Positions 18,808 to 28,624 of a DNA stretch of 64,000 bases are shown piece after piece. Positions within the stretch are counted from its first letter, which is position 1, and the number at the start of each line of letters is the position of its first letter. Location of the stretch: the NCBI GenBank assembly GCA_029935705.1, contig JAOZJU010000001.1, positions 162-64,161 on the forward strand, given 5' to 3'. The notes beneath the pieces were generated by a model that made no database searches, had not been told where the DNA came from, and saw only the letters and a list, made by a program, of their open reading frames with translations. The DNA comes from Arcobacteraceae bacterium. GTDB lineage: Bacteria > Campylobacterota > Campylobacteria > Campylobacterales > Arcobacteraceae. Both the position numbers and the translations under genes were made by a program.

Positions 18808-19229
18808 CTTATACCTTTTTGTTTGATTTTGGTTAATTTTATTATCTTTGATGATTTAAGTTCTTGAAAACCACAAGGCTCAAACACAACCACATCTGCT
18901 CTATTTTTAGCCCAATTGTTTTCAAATTTTTCACCTGTTTTGTTTGCTGATGTAGAGTAAAAATAGCCAAATTTTTTCAAAAATTTTTGATGATTTGAAT
19001 TTGCCGAAGCTACTCTATAGCTACAACCGCTTGGCAAGATATATGTAACTTTTTGTGAGTTTCTCATCTGTTTTCTAAACTTTTTTGGAACTCTGTGTTT
19101 TATATCGCTAAAATATGGCACCTCTTTTATCAGTGCTTTGTTTATATCTCTTTGTTTTATGATATTTAACTCTTTTTTGCTTTTGCTTAAAAATCCTACG
19201 GTTGTCTCTGTTTGTTTGAGATATATCAA
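18804..19229 (-). CDS. Short Sua5/YciO/YrdC (TsaC-like) family protein
   Basis: TETTVGF (cf. TDTVYGL) and [12 protein letters not shown] (cf. SAN.SG) motifs. Only 141 aa. 4-nt overlap with the carB stop. Confidence 0.6.
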   Translation of the reverse strand: MIYLKQTETTVGFLSKSKKELNIIKQRDINKALIKEVPYFSDIKHRVPKKFRKQMRNSQKVTYILPSGCSYRVASANSNHQKFLKKFGYFYSTSANKTGEKFENNWAKNRADVVVFEPCGFQELKSSKIIKLTKIKQKGIR

Positions 19230-22200
19230 CTTTTTAGATACTCTTGTATTGTTTTTGGGTCTATTTGTTTGTTTTGTATTACTTTTATAGCCTCCAAAGA
19301 TGCAAATGCTCCAGCGGTTGTAGTAAAATATGGCACACCGCTTTTTAAAACTGCTCTTCGTATCTGTCTGCCATCATCTCTTGTGATAGATAAGTTGTCG
19401 CTTGTGTTGATTGCTAGGACTATTTGCTTATTTGTCAAACTATCCATAATATTTGGTCTTCCTTCGCTTAACTTTAGCACTCTTTGGCATTTTATATTTT
19501 GAGCTTTTATCTTTTCATATGTTCCTGTTGTAGCGACTATATTAAAACCTAAAGATATAAAATCTTTAGCGATATTTGGTGCATGAATTTTATCTTTGTC
19601 ACACAATGTCAAAAATAGATTGCCAGTTTTTGGCAAAAAGTTTTTTGCTCCATTTTGTGCTTTTAAAAATGCCTCACCAAATGTTGTCCCTATTCCCATC
19701 ACTTCACCAGTGCTTTTCATCTCAGGACTTAAAATAGTATCAGCTCCTCCTAATTTGTCAAAAGGAAATACAGACTCTTTGACAGCTATATGGTCTTTTT
19801 GTTTTGCTTTATAAACACCATTGTCAAATACCACTATATCTTTGCCATAAAACTCCAAACTACTTTTCAAAGTTTCGCCCCACATCACTCTAGTAGCAAC
19901 TTTTGCCATAGGTATACCAGTAGCTTTGCTCACAAATGGCACTGTTCTACTTGCTCGTGGATTTACCTCTATTAAATATATCTCATTTTTATATATCGCA
20001 TATTGGGTATTCATCAATCCTACAACACCCAGTTCCATAGCCATAAGTTTTGTTTTTTCTTCTATCTTTTTTAACATATCTTTGTGTATAGATATAGGTG
20101 GCAAACTACAAGCACTATCGCCACTATGAATACCAGCTTCTTCTATATGTTGCATAATTCCGCCTATATAGACATCTTTGCCATCACAGATACAATCCAC
20201 ATCAAGCTCTATGGCATCGTTTAGAAACTTATCTATAAGTACAGGTGCATCATTTGACACATCTACAGCTTTTTGCATATACAACTCTAACTCATCTTCA
20301 TCGTATACTATTTTCATACCCTGACCACCCAATACAAACGATGGGCGAACAAGCACAGGATAGCCTATCTTTTTTGCTATCTTTTTTGCTTCATCCAATG
20401 TAACAGCAGTGCCGTTTTCTGGTTGGAGTAGATTGTTTTTTTTGACAAAAGAGCTAAAGAGTTCTCTATCTTCAGCCATCTCAATCACTTTTGCAGTAGT
20501 GCCTATAATAGGACCACCGATACTATCTATCTGTTTTGATAGTTTTAGTGGAGTTTGTCCTCCAAAATGGACGATTATGCCATCTGGTTTTTCAGTTTGA
20601 ATTACATTTTGGACTCTTTCAAAATCAATTGGTTCAAAATAGAGCTTATCAGATATATCATAATCTGTGCTTACTGTTTCTGGGTTGCAGTTGTACATGA
20701 TAGTCTTAACTCCCATATCCTTTAAAGCAAATGCAGCATGGACACAACAATAATCAAACTCAATACCCTGCCCTATTCTGTTTGGTCCGCCACCTATGAT
20801 TAGGACTTTTTTTTCGTTTTTATTTACCAACATATCATCTGCTTTGTCATCTTTTACATTTGTATAGCTATAAAAATATGGTGTAACTGCTTCAAACTCT
20901 CCAGCACAAGTATCTACTTGATTGTATGATATTTTGATATTTAAACTTTCTCTTGCTTCATATATTTTTTCTGGCAAAGATCCTATAAGTTGGGCTATTT
21001 TTCTATCGCTAAAACCGTTTCTTTTTAGTTCTCTTAAAGATATTTCATCTGTCAATATACTCTCTTTGTGAATTTTTGTTTTTTTCTCAAGTAGATAGAT
21101 CTCATATAGTTTTGCCAAAAACCATGGGTCAATGTTTGATAGCTCAAATAGGTCATCTACACTAAGCCCAGATCTAAAACCATCCATCACAAATAGAGCT
21201 CTTTTTTCATTTGGTCTTCTTATCTCTTTTTTTATCAACTCTATATCTTGTGACTGCTCGTCAAAACCACTCAAACCTGTCTCTAAACTACAAAGAGCTT
21301 TTTGAAACGATTCGTTAAATGTTCTGCCTATTGCCATAACTTCACCTACACTTTTCATACCAGTAGATAAAGTATTCTCTGCTTTTGGAAACTTGTCAAA
21401 AGTCCATCGTGGTATCTTTGTAACCACATAATCAATCACAGGTTCAAACGATGCTGTAGTTCCTGTAATATCGTTTGTCAGCTCATCAAGAGTAAATCCA
21501 ACTGCAAGAAGTGTTGCTATCTTTGCTATTGGATATCCTGTTGCTTTACTAGCAAGTGCAGAACTTCTACTTACTCTTGGATTCATCTCAATAACTACCA
21601 TTCGTCCTGTTTTGGGGTCTATACTAAACTGGACATTAGAACCACCAGTATCTACTCCAACCTCTCTTAATATAGCAAATGAAGCATCTCTCATATTTTG
21701 ATACTCTTTATCGGTTAAAGTTAAAGCAGGAGCAACTGTGATACTATCACCTGTATGCACACCCATAGGGTCGAAGTTTTCTATACTACAAACTATGATA
21801 CAGTTGTCTTTGCTGTCTCTTATTACCTCCATCTCATACTCTTTCCAACCCAAAAGCGACTCTTCTACCAATATCTCACTAATAGGCGATGCTTCAAGAC
21901 CAGCTTTGACTAACCGCTCATACTCTTCTATATTGTATGCTACTCCACTTCCACCACCAGCGAGTGTAAAACTAGCTCGTATGATGATAGGAAAACCTAT
22001 AAGTTTTTGTGCTTCTATCGCTTCATCGAAGTTGTAAGCATATCTTGATTTTGGAAGATCCATACCTAATTTTTGCATAGCTTTTTTAAACAACAATCTA
22101 TCTTCACCTTTTTTGATAGCTTCAGGTTTAGCTCCTAAGAACTCTATGCCATCAAGTTTGCCTTTGTCAAACATAGATGTAGCTATATTTAAGGCAGTTT

Positions 22201-22513
22201 GTCCGCCCATAGTTGGCAATATGGCATCTATATTCTCTTTTTTGATTATTTTTTGAACCATATCTTCAGTGATTGGTTCTATGTATGTTTTGTTGGCAAA
22301 CTCTGGGTCTGTCATGATTGTAGCTGGATTTGAGTTGATAAGCACTACTTCATAACCTAACTCTTTGAGAGTTTTGACACTTTGGGTGCCACTATAATCA
22401 AACTCACAAGCTTGGCCTATGATAATAGGGCCAGAACCTATGAGCAAAATTCGTTTTATGTCGGTTCGTTTTTTTTGAAGTTTTTTGATATACTGTCCTA
22501 CTGATAAATTCAA
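19226..22513 (-). CDS. carB: Carbamoyl-phosphate synthase large subunit (start codon uncertain; see findings)
   Basis: [22 protein letters not shown], a duplicated ATP-grasp half ([21 protein letters not shown]) and a C-terminal MGS-like domain. The listed start at 22513 is TTG. Confidence 0.95.
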   Translation of the reverse strand: MNLSVGQYIKKLQKKRTDIKRILLIGSGPIIIGQACEFDYSGTQSVKTLKELGYEVVLINSNPATIMTDPEFANKTYIEPITEDMVQKIIKKENIDAILPTMGGQTALNIATSMFDKGKLDGIEFLGAKPEAIKKGEDRLLFKKAMQKLGMDLPKSRYAYNFDEAIEAQKLIGFPIIIRASFTLAGGGSGVAYNIEEYERLVKAGLEASPISEILVEESLLGWKEYEMEVIRDSKDNCIIVCSIENFDPMGVHTGDSITVAPALTLTDKEYQNMRDASFAILREVGVDTGGSNVQFSIDPKTGRMVVIEMNPRVSRSSALASKATGYPIAKIATLLAVGFTLDELTNDITGTTASFEPVIDYVVTKIPRWTFDKFPKAENTLSTGMKSVGEVMAIGRTFNESFQKALCSLETGLSGFDEQSQDIELIKKEIRRPNEKRALFVMDGFRSGLSVDDLFELSNIDPWFLAKLYEIYLLEKKTKIHKESILTDEISLRELKRNGFSDRKIAQLIGSLPEKIYEARESLNIKISYNQVDTCAGEFEAVTPYFYSYTNVKDDKADDMLVNKNEKKVLIIGGGPNRIGQGIEFDYCCVHAAFALKDMGVKTIMYNCNPETVSTDYDISDKLYFEPIDFERVQNVIQTEKPDGIIVHFGGQTPLKLSKQIDSIGGPIIGTTAKVIEMAEDRELFSSFVKKNNLLQPENGTAVTLDEAKKIAKKIGYPVLVRPSFVLGGQGMKIVYDEDELELYMQKAVDVSNDAPVLIDKFLNDAIELDVDCICDGKDVYIGGIMQHIEEAGIHSGDSACSLPPISIHKDMLKKIEEKTKLMAMELGVVGLMNTQYAIYKNEIYLIEVNPRASRTVPFVSKATGIPMAKVATRVMWGETLKSSLEFYGKDIVVFDNGVYKAKQKDHIAVKESVFPFDKLGGADTILSPEMKSTGEVMGIGTTFGEAFLKAQNGAKNFLPKTGNLFLTLCDKDKIHAPNIAKDFISLGFNIVATTGTYEKIKAQNIKCQRVLKLSEGRPNIMDSLTNKQIVLAINTSDNLSITRDDGRQIRRAVLKSGVPYFTTTAGAFASLEAIKVIQNKQIDPKTIQEYLKS

Positions 22514-22516
22514 AAC

Positions 22517-22525
22517 ATTATATCA
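22517..22525 (-). promoter_or_regulatory. Extended -10 (TGaTATAAT) upstream of carB
   Basis: Perfect TGATATAAT on the minus strand. The hexamer ends 3 nt before the TTG at 22513. Confidence 0.4.
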
Positions 22526-22571
22526 TAATTTGTTTAAAATATTAAATAGTTTTATCAAATTAATAGATAAA

Positions 22572-22580
22572 TGATATAAT
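22572..22580 (+). promoter_or_regulatory. Extended -10 (TGaTATAAT) upstream of the mini-ORF and flavoprotein gene
   Basis: Perfect TGATATAAT on the plus strand, 30 nt upstream of the ATG at 22611. Confidence 0.35.
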
Positions 22581-22658
22581 AGAAAAAATTACTATATGCA
22601 AAGGGGCATTATGGATACTCAAGTTTTAAACATCACTGATAAACTCAAATAAAAATTG

Positions 22659-23711
22659 ATGATATACGACATAGCTATAATAGGAGCAGGTGCTAGTGGT
22701 TTGATGTGTGCATCTATGTTAAACAATTCAAAACAAAAAGTTGTTTTATTGGAATCATCAAGCAGTTGTGCAAACAAGATAATGATAAGCGGTGGTGCAA
22801 AATGCAATATCACAAATAGATATATGGATATTTCAAAGTTTCTATGCGATGAGCATTTTGTGCAAAAATCTCTATATAAATTTGACCACAAAGATATGTT
22901 AAACTTTTTAAAAGAGAACAAAATATATCCTATGTTAAATGAAAAGATAGTAAAAGGAAGTTATTTTTGCAAAAATAGCAAACAAGTTGTGGATATGTTT
23001 TTGCGACTAACAACAAATATCAAAAAAGAGTTAAACTTTAAAGTTCTTGATATAACTTATAAAGACAACATATTTGATATAGTTTCAAAAAACCATACAA
23101 TCAAAGCTGTAAAAGTTGTAGTAGCTTCTGGTGGCAAAAGTTTTGAAACTCTAGGTAGCTCTGATATAGCTTATGATATAGCAAAAAAATTTGGACATAA
23201 GATTATCACAACGGCACCTGCTCTTGTAGGCTGGACAGTACAAAAAGAACAATTTTGGTTCAAAAGCTTAAGTGGATTGTCTCTTGATGTCAAGATAAAA
23301 ATAAACAACAAAACTATATATGGAAGTATGCTATTTACTCACAAAGGTTGTAGTGGTCCTGCTGTTTTAAATGCATCATTATATTGGACAAAAGGTTTTG
23401 TGACGATAGATTTTGCTCCAAACCAAAACAGTCATCTGCCACGACGATTTAGACAAATAGCAAAAAAAGAGGGTATTGATCTAAAAAACTACACCTTTGC
23501 CCCTGCTGGCAATTTTGGATACACTAAAGCAGAGATAACCAAAGGCGGTGTAGATACAAATCAAATAGATGAAGAAACATTTCAAAGCAAACTTCAAAAA
23601 AATCTATTTTTTATAGGGGAACTTTTGGATGTATCTGGGCAACTTGGTGGTTACAATCTACAATGGGCTATAAACAATGGTTTCATCTGTGGCAAGTTTC
23701 TAAAGAATTAG
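22659..23711 (+). CDS. HI0933/BaiN-like FAD-dependent flavoprotein
   Basis: MIYDIAIIGAGASGLMCA dinucleotide-binding motif, ISGGAKCNITN, FTHKGCSGPAVL and C-terminal GGYNLQWAINNGFICG. ATG 22659 is preferred over TTG 22656. Confidence 0.75.
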   Translation: MIYDIAIIGAGASGLMCASMLNNSKQKVVLLESSSSCANKIMISGGAKCNITNRYMDISKFLCDEHFVQKSLYKFDHKDMLNFLKENKIYPMLNEKIVKGSYFCKNSKQVVDMFLRLTTNIKKELNFKVLDITYKDNIFDIVSKNHTIKAVKVVVASGGKSFETLGSSDIAYDIAKKFGHKIITTAPALVGWTVQKEQFWFKSLSGLSLDVKIKINNKTIYGSMLFTHKGCSGPAVLNASLYWTKGFVTIDFAPNQNSHLPRRFRQIAKKEGIDLKNYTFAPAGNFGYTKAEITKGGVDTNQIDEETFQSKLQKNLFFIGELLDVSGQLGGYNLQWAINNGFICGKFLKN

Positions 23712-23750
23712 CAAATATACCACAAAATATCGTTGATTTTAATATTATTA

Positions 23751-23759
23751 TGATATAAT
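23751..23759 (+). promoter_or_regulatory. Extended -10 (TGaTATAAT) 6 nt upstream of the rppH ATG
   Basis: The sequence reads TGATATAAT-CAAAAT-ATG with no SD possible, a leaderless-type arrangement. Confidence 0.45.
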
Positions 23760-23765
23760 CAAAAT

Positions 23766-24239
23766 ATGAAAAAAGAGAAAAATTATAGACCAAATGTTGC
23801 AGCTGTGGTTGTATCATCCCAATATCCATCAAGATGCGATGTCCTAATAGCCTCAAGAGTTGGACTGAAAAAACCATCTTGGCAGTTTCCTCAAGGAGGT
23901 GTAGATAAAGGTGAAGATATCAAAACAGCACTTCTTCGTGAGTTAAAAGAGGAGATAGGCACAAACGATATTGAAATTATTGCAAAATACCCCAAAAGAG
24001 TGAGTTATAATTTTCCTGACAAAATCAAATATAAAATGGGAAACTACGATGGTCAAATACAAGACTACTTTTTAGTAAGACTAAACAGTGGTGCGAAAGT
24101 TGACATAAATACACCAAAACCAGAGTTTTCCAAATACAAATTTGTGCCATATAAAGATATATTTAAACATGTAGTCAAGTTTAAAAGAACAGCTTATAAA
24201 GAGGTGTTGGACTATTTTCAAAAAGAGGGATATCTATAA
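23766..24239 (+). CDS. rppH: RNA pyrophosphohydrolase (Nudix)
   Basis: WQFPQGGVDKGEDIKTALLRELKEEIG Nudix box. 157 aa, directly upstream of lysC. Confidence 0.85.
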   Translation: MKKEKNYRPNVAAVVVSSQYPSRCDVLIASRVGLKKPSWQFPQGGVDKGEDIKTALLRELKEEIGTNDIEIIAKYPKRVSYNFPDKIKYKMGNYDGQIQDYFLVRLNSGAKVDINTPKPEFSKYKFVPYKDIFKHVVKFKRTAYKEVLDYFQKEGYL

Positions 24240-25447
24240 TGTTAAGAGTTCTAAAGTTTGGTGGCACTAGTGTTGGTAGTCTTGATAGGATATCAAATGT
24301 AGCAAATATCATCAAAAAACAAAAAGACCAAAACGATGACTTAGTAGTAGTCGTATCTGCTATGAGTGGCGAGACAAATAAGCTTTTGGCATATGCAAAA
24401 CACTTCAGCTCTACACCAAACAAAAAAGATGTTGATATGCTTTTAAGTTCTGGCGAGAGAGTGACATCGGCACTTTTGTCTATAGCACTAAATGAAATGG
24501 GTTACAAAACCATATCTATGAGTGGAGCACAAGCTGGTATAAAAACTGATGACGACTACACCTTTGCAAAAATAGAATCAATAGACACTACAAATATAAA
24601 AAACTGCATAAAAGATGGATATATAGTAGTCGTCGCTGGTTTTCAAGGAAAAAATATTAGTAACAATGTCACTACATTAGGGCGAGGTGGTAGCGATCTT
24701 ACTGCTGTGGCACTTTGTGGAAGTTTAGATGCTGATATATGTGAGATATATACAGATGTAGATGGCATATATACAACAGACCCAAGAGTAGTACCAACTG
24801 CAAAAAAATTAAACCAAATATCATACGATGAGATGCTTGAGCTTTCAAGTTTAGGGGCAAAAGTATTGCAAAATCGTAGTGTAGAGATGGCAAAAAAATT
24901 AAATGTAAAGTTAGTATCAAGAAGCAGTTTCACTCCAGATGTTTGTGGTACTACAATTACAAAAGAGGAAAATATAGTGGAAAAACCAATAGTTAGTGGC
25001 ATCGCTTTAGATGACAACCAAGTTCGAGTAGGCATATATAAAGTGATTGACAAGCCAGGTATTGCTGGGTCTATTTTCTCAAAATTGGCAGATGAAGATA
25101 TCAATGTGGATATGATAGTCCAAACAGTAGGAGTAGATGGTTTAACTGATTTAGACTTTACAGTGCCTATAGATGACCTAATCAAAACAAAAAAGGTTAT
25201 GGATAGTTTTAAGGATAGTTCTGAAAATATTGACTACAACGAACATATCACAAAAGTATCAATAGTTGGTTTGGGTATGAAATCACATGCAGGTATCGCT
25301 TCTAAAGCTTTCTCAGCTATAGCAAATGAGGGTATAAACATAAGAATAATAAGCACAAGTGAGATAAAAATATCTATGATAATCGACAAAGACAAAAGCA
25401 AAAGAGCTGTCAAAGCTTTACATAGTGTGTATGGATTAGATAAATAG
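24239..25447 (+). CDS. lysC: Aspartate kinase
   Basis: VLKFGGTSVG, VVVSAMSGETN, LGRGGSD and two C-terminal ACT domains. Confidence 0.95.
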   Translation: MLRVLKFGGTSVGSLDRISNVANIIKKQKDQNDDLVVVVSAMSGETNKLLAYAKHFSSTPNKKDVDMLLSSGERVTSALLSIALNEMGYKTISMSGAQAGIKTDDDYTFAKIESIDTTNIKNCIKDGYIVVVAGFQGKNISNNVTTLGRGGSDLTAVALCGSLDADICEIYTDVDGIYTTDPRVVPTAKKLNQISYDEMLELSSLGAKVLQNRSVEMAKKLNVKLVSRSSFTPDVCGTTITKEENIVEKPIVSGIALDDNQVRVGIYKVIDKPGIAGSIFSKLADEDINVDMIVQTVGVDGLTDLDFTVPIDDLIKTKKVMDSFKDSSENIDYNEHITKVSIVGLGMKSHAGIASKAFSAIANEGINIRIISTSEIKISMIIDKDKSKRAVKALHSVYGLDK

Positions 25448-25996
25448 ATGCAAGAGATAGTTAACTGGACCATCAAAACTATAAGAGAAACTAAAAATAC
25501 AGATTCATCCTGGCTTGAAGAAAACAAGTTCGAGTGGGTGCCACATGCAATTAGTTGCATAAAAAATATGATAAACAAAAACTACTCTGTACTTATAATC
25601 ACAGATGAGAGCACAGAGTGGTTCAAAAAATATATCTTATCAAACATCAACAAAAATACTCAACAAAGACCCCTTTTGCCATTTTATGATTTTGCTGCAA
25701 TGTATCAACATATCAACAAAACAAACGAGATAGAAGATATGAAACTGATTGAAGATATGCTAAATACCTCATTTCCAAATGGTTATCTCTTTTGGTATAT
25801 TGGAGATGGCAAAAATCCAAAATCTGCATTAGCAAAGTTTCATGCTGAGTCATTTTTGTGGTTGATTGATGATGAAGCGAACAGTGCCATATCGTTGCAA
25901 AGCGATGATGAAAATCTTGATATCAAACTCATACAACTTTTTGACCTTTATAACAAAACTATAGATGGAGTGCTCTATGGAAAACTTTTATTATAA
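25448..25996 (+). CDS. hobA: HobA-like DnaA-binding replication initiation factor
   Basis: 182 aa in the lysC-X-holB-folP slot occupied by hobA in H. pylori. WF..YILSNINK...RPLLPFYDF, FLWL and KLIQLFDLYN....VLYGK resemble my recollection of the HobA sequence. Confidence 0.65.
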   Translation: MQEIVNWTIKTIRETKNTDSSWLEENKFEWVPHAISCIKNMINKNYSVLIITDESTEWFKKYILSNINKNTQQRPLLPFYDFAAMYQHINKTNEIEDMKLIEDMLNTSFPNGYLFWYIGDGKNPKSALAKFHAESFLWLIDDEANSAISLQSDDENLDIKLIQLFDLYNKTIDGVLYGKLLL

Positions 25997-26621
25997 ACAG
26001 CACTCACACATTATAATCACAAAAGATATTCAAAAATATAAAAATGGTATGATAGCATCTACGAACATAAATGACTATAAAGTTATAGAAAATTTAGAAG
26101 ATAAAAACTACAATTTTAAACTATCACATGCAAATCAAGCTATAAAAGAAGCAAATATAGCTTCTAAACAGACCAAATATATCATATTGTGTGCAAACAA
26201 ATATGGCATAGAAGCTCAAAATAGACTTCTAAAACTTCTTGAAGAACCACCACCAAACATAGTTTTTGTGCTTGTTGTTTCATCGAGATTAAATCTATTG
26301 GCAACTATTGTTTCAAGATTAAAAGTATATCATATAAAAAGCGACAAAAAACAAAACAAACAAACTTTTGGTTTACACAGAATGGCAATAAGAGATATAT
26401 ACAACTTTTTACAAAAGAATAAAAATGCCACAAAAGAAGAGGTCAAACATATAATATACAACACAATCTATGAGATAAAAGGAAAGCAGTTTGTAGATAA
26501 AAAACTTCTTGAAACTTTTGATCTTTCTATTGCTTTACTTGAACTAAATTCAAAACCTATACATATCTTGAGTATGTTTTGTTTGTCCATATCACAAAAA
26601 GCGAACAAAAAATATATATGA
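25977..26621 (+). CDS. holB: DNA polymerase III delta' subunit
   Basis: AQNRLLKLLEEPPPNIVFVLV and SRL clamp-loader motifs. ATG 25977 is preferred because GGAG lies 6 nt upstream; ATG 25965 is an alternative. Confidence 0.8.
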   Translation: MENFYYKQHSHIIITKDIQKYKNGMIASTNINDYKVIENLEDKNYNFKLSHANQAIKEANIASKQTKYIILCANKYGIEAQNRLLKLLEEPPPNIVFVLVVSSRLNLLATIVSRLKVYHIKSDKKQNKQTFGLHRMAIRDIYNFLQKNKNATKEEVKHIIYNTIYEIKGKQFVDKKLLETFDLSIALLELNSKPIHILSMFCLSISQKANKKYI

Positions 26622-27751
26622 GATATTTTAAGATAAACAACCAAAACACAAAACAACTCTTTTTAAATTTAGGTAGCGAAACAATGGGTGCAAATATAAT
26701 GTCATCTAAAACATATACAAATCTTTTATATATCAAAGATATCAAAACATCAGCAGCAAATATACTCAAACAAGATGCTTTGTCTATAGGAGCGGAACTT
26801 GCTACTCCGCGAGGGACGATTTCAAACCAATATGAAACAGTAGATGCCATATTGATTGGTTCAAACAAACATTTTGATATATTGTCAAAAAAACTTCTAC
26901 TCCAACCTTTTGGTCTAAAAATGCTTGCAAATGATATAAAATCATTTAAAACCAAACCAAACAAACCAACAAAAATCATGGGAGTATTAAACATAAATGA
27001 GGATAGTTTTTATGAAAAAAGTCGTGCCAAAAGTGGTGATATTTTACAAAAAATTGAAAATATGATAACAGATGGTGCAAATATCATAGATATAGGAGCA
27101 GTATCTAGCCGTCCTGGTTCGTCAATTGTAGATGAAGATGAAGAGTTTAGTCGTATCAAACCTACTATTGATTTGATATACAAAGATAAAATTTATGACA
27201 AAACTATACTTTCAATTGATAGTTGCAACTTAAAAACTGTCTCTTATGCCTTGGAGCATGGCTTTAAAATAGTTAACGACATAACCGCTCTTTCAAATGA
27301 AAAGATAGCAACACTCACATCAAAATATGATGCAACTTTAGTGTTGATGCATATGCAAAACAATCCACAAACTATGCAACAAAATCCAAAATATGACGAT
27401 GTGGTGTTGGATATCGATAGTTTTTTTCAAGATAGATTGGAGATAGTTTACAAACACAACATAAAAGATGTAGTTTTAGATGTAGGCATAGGATTTGGCA
27501 AAACAAAACAACACAACATAAGTTTGCTTCAAAATATTGAGCATTTTAGAAGATTTGGTCATGAGCTACTCATAGGAGTTAGCAGAAAATCGATCATAAA
27601 CGATATCTATCCATCATCAGTGCAAGATAGATTAAGTGGCACTATAGCTATACACCTAAACTCTATCAAAAATGGTGTATCGTATATACGATGTCATGAT
27701 GTAAAAGAGCATTGCCAAGCTATTAAAATTCAAGGAGAGATATATGGATAG
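26618..27751 (+). CDS. folP: Dihydropteroate synthase with an N-terminal extension of ~125 aa
   Basis: The pterin-binding domain starts at IMGVLNINEDSFYEKS, followed by IIDIGAVSSRPG, SIDS and VLDVGIGFGK. The start is set at ATG 26618, which overlaps the holB stop as ATGA. Confidence 0.9.
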   Translation: MRYFKINNQNTKQLFLNLGSETMGANIMSSKTYTNLLYIKDIKTSAANILKQDALSIGAELATPRGTISNQYETVDAILIGSNKHFDILSKKLLLQPFGLKMLANDIKSFKTKPNKPTKIMGVLNINEDSFYEKSRAKSGDILQKIENMITDGANIIDIGAVSSRPGSSIVDEDEEFSRIKPTIDLIYKDKIYDKTILSIDSCNLKTVSYALEHGFKIVNDITALSNEKIATLTSKYDATLVLMHMQNNPQTMQQNPKYDDVVLDIDSFFQDRLEIVYKHNIKDVVLDVGIGFGKTKQHNISLLQNIEHFRRFGHELLIGVSRKSIINDIYPSSVQDRLSGTIAIHLNSIKNGVSYIRCHDVKEHCQAIKIQGEIYG

Positions 27752-28577
27752 ATACAAACTACTAATAGAAACAAACGATAGTAAAGGTTTGATATATATG
27801 GTATCAAAAATTTTATTTGATTATGATTTAAATATTGAAAACAATAGTGAATTTGTCGATAAAAACGAGAAGAAGTTTTTTATGCGAACAGAGTTTAGTG
27901 GAAAGATTGACCAGCATAAGCTAAAAAACGATATTTTAAAAAATCTACACAAAGATAGTTTGATAAGTTTAAAAAAGGTTACAAAAAAGGATATAGTGAT
28001 CTTAGCTTCAAAAGAGTCACATGTATTAGGAGACCTTTTGATACGATATGAAAGTGGAGAGTTGCAAGTCAATATCAAAGCAGTTATATCAAATTTTGAG
28101 ACTACAAAAAACTTGACTGAAAAGTTTGATATACCATTTTTCCATATACCTACAACCAATTTAAGCAGACAACAGCACGAACAGCTTGTCTCAAAAAAGA
28201 TAGATGACTTTAAGCCTGACATAATAGTGCTTGCAAAATATATGAGAGTTTTGACACCTGCATTTGTCAAAACTTATGGTGAGAAATTGTTAAATATACA
28301 TCACTCATTTTTACCTGCATTTATAGGGGCAAACCCCTATCAAATGGCATATGATAGAGGTGTAAAAATAGTAGGGGCTACTGCTCATTTTGTGACAGAT
28401 GAGTTAGATGAGGGTCCTATCATTTGTCAAGATATTGTCCACATAGACCATACCTACACAGCGATTGATATGCAAAAAGCAGGAAGAAATGTAGAAAAAA
28501 TTGTGCTCTCAGATGCTTTAAATCTTCTACTAGAAGATAGAGTGCTAACTTACAACAACAAAACTGTAATTTTATAG
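27744..28577 (+). CDS. purU: Formyltetrahydrofolate deformylase
   Basis: N-terminal ACT domain, then NIHHSFLPAFIGANPY and GVKIVGATAHFVTDELDEGPII. Confidence 0.9.
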   Translation: MDRYKLLIETNDSKGLIYMVSKILFDYDLNIENNSEFVDKNEKKFFMRTEFSGKIDQHKLKNDILKNLHKDSLISLKKVTKKDIVILASKESHVLGDLLIRYESGELQVNIKAVISNFETTKNLTEKFDIPFFHIPTTNLSRQQHEQLVSKKIDDFKPDIIVLAKYMRVLTPAFVKTYGEKLLNIHHSFLPAFIGANPYQMAYDRGVKIVGATAHFVTDELDEGPIICQDIVHIDHTYTAIDMQKAGRNVEKIVLSDALNLLLEDRVLTYNNKTVIL

Positions 28578-28624
28578 CGATAAAAAAGCATATTTAGATA
28601 CAATAGTTAAAAAATAGGAATAAA

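Noticed and set aside
24643-25185. 180-aa antisense ORF inside lysC. Similar cases occur at 27821-28270 (purU), 26557-26994 (holB 3' end / folP 5' region), 46204-46641 (lptA/lptC) and 11446-11841 (gatB).
   Set aside because: All are embedded antisense in well-supported genes, with composition mirroring the sense strand and no independent start signals.
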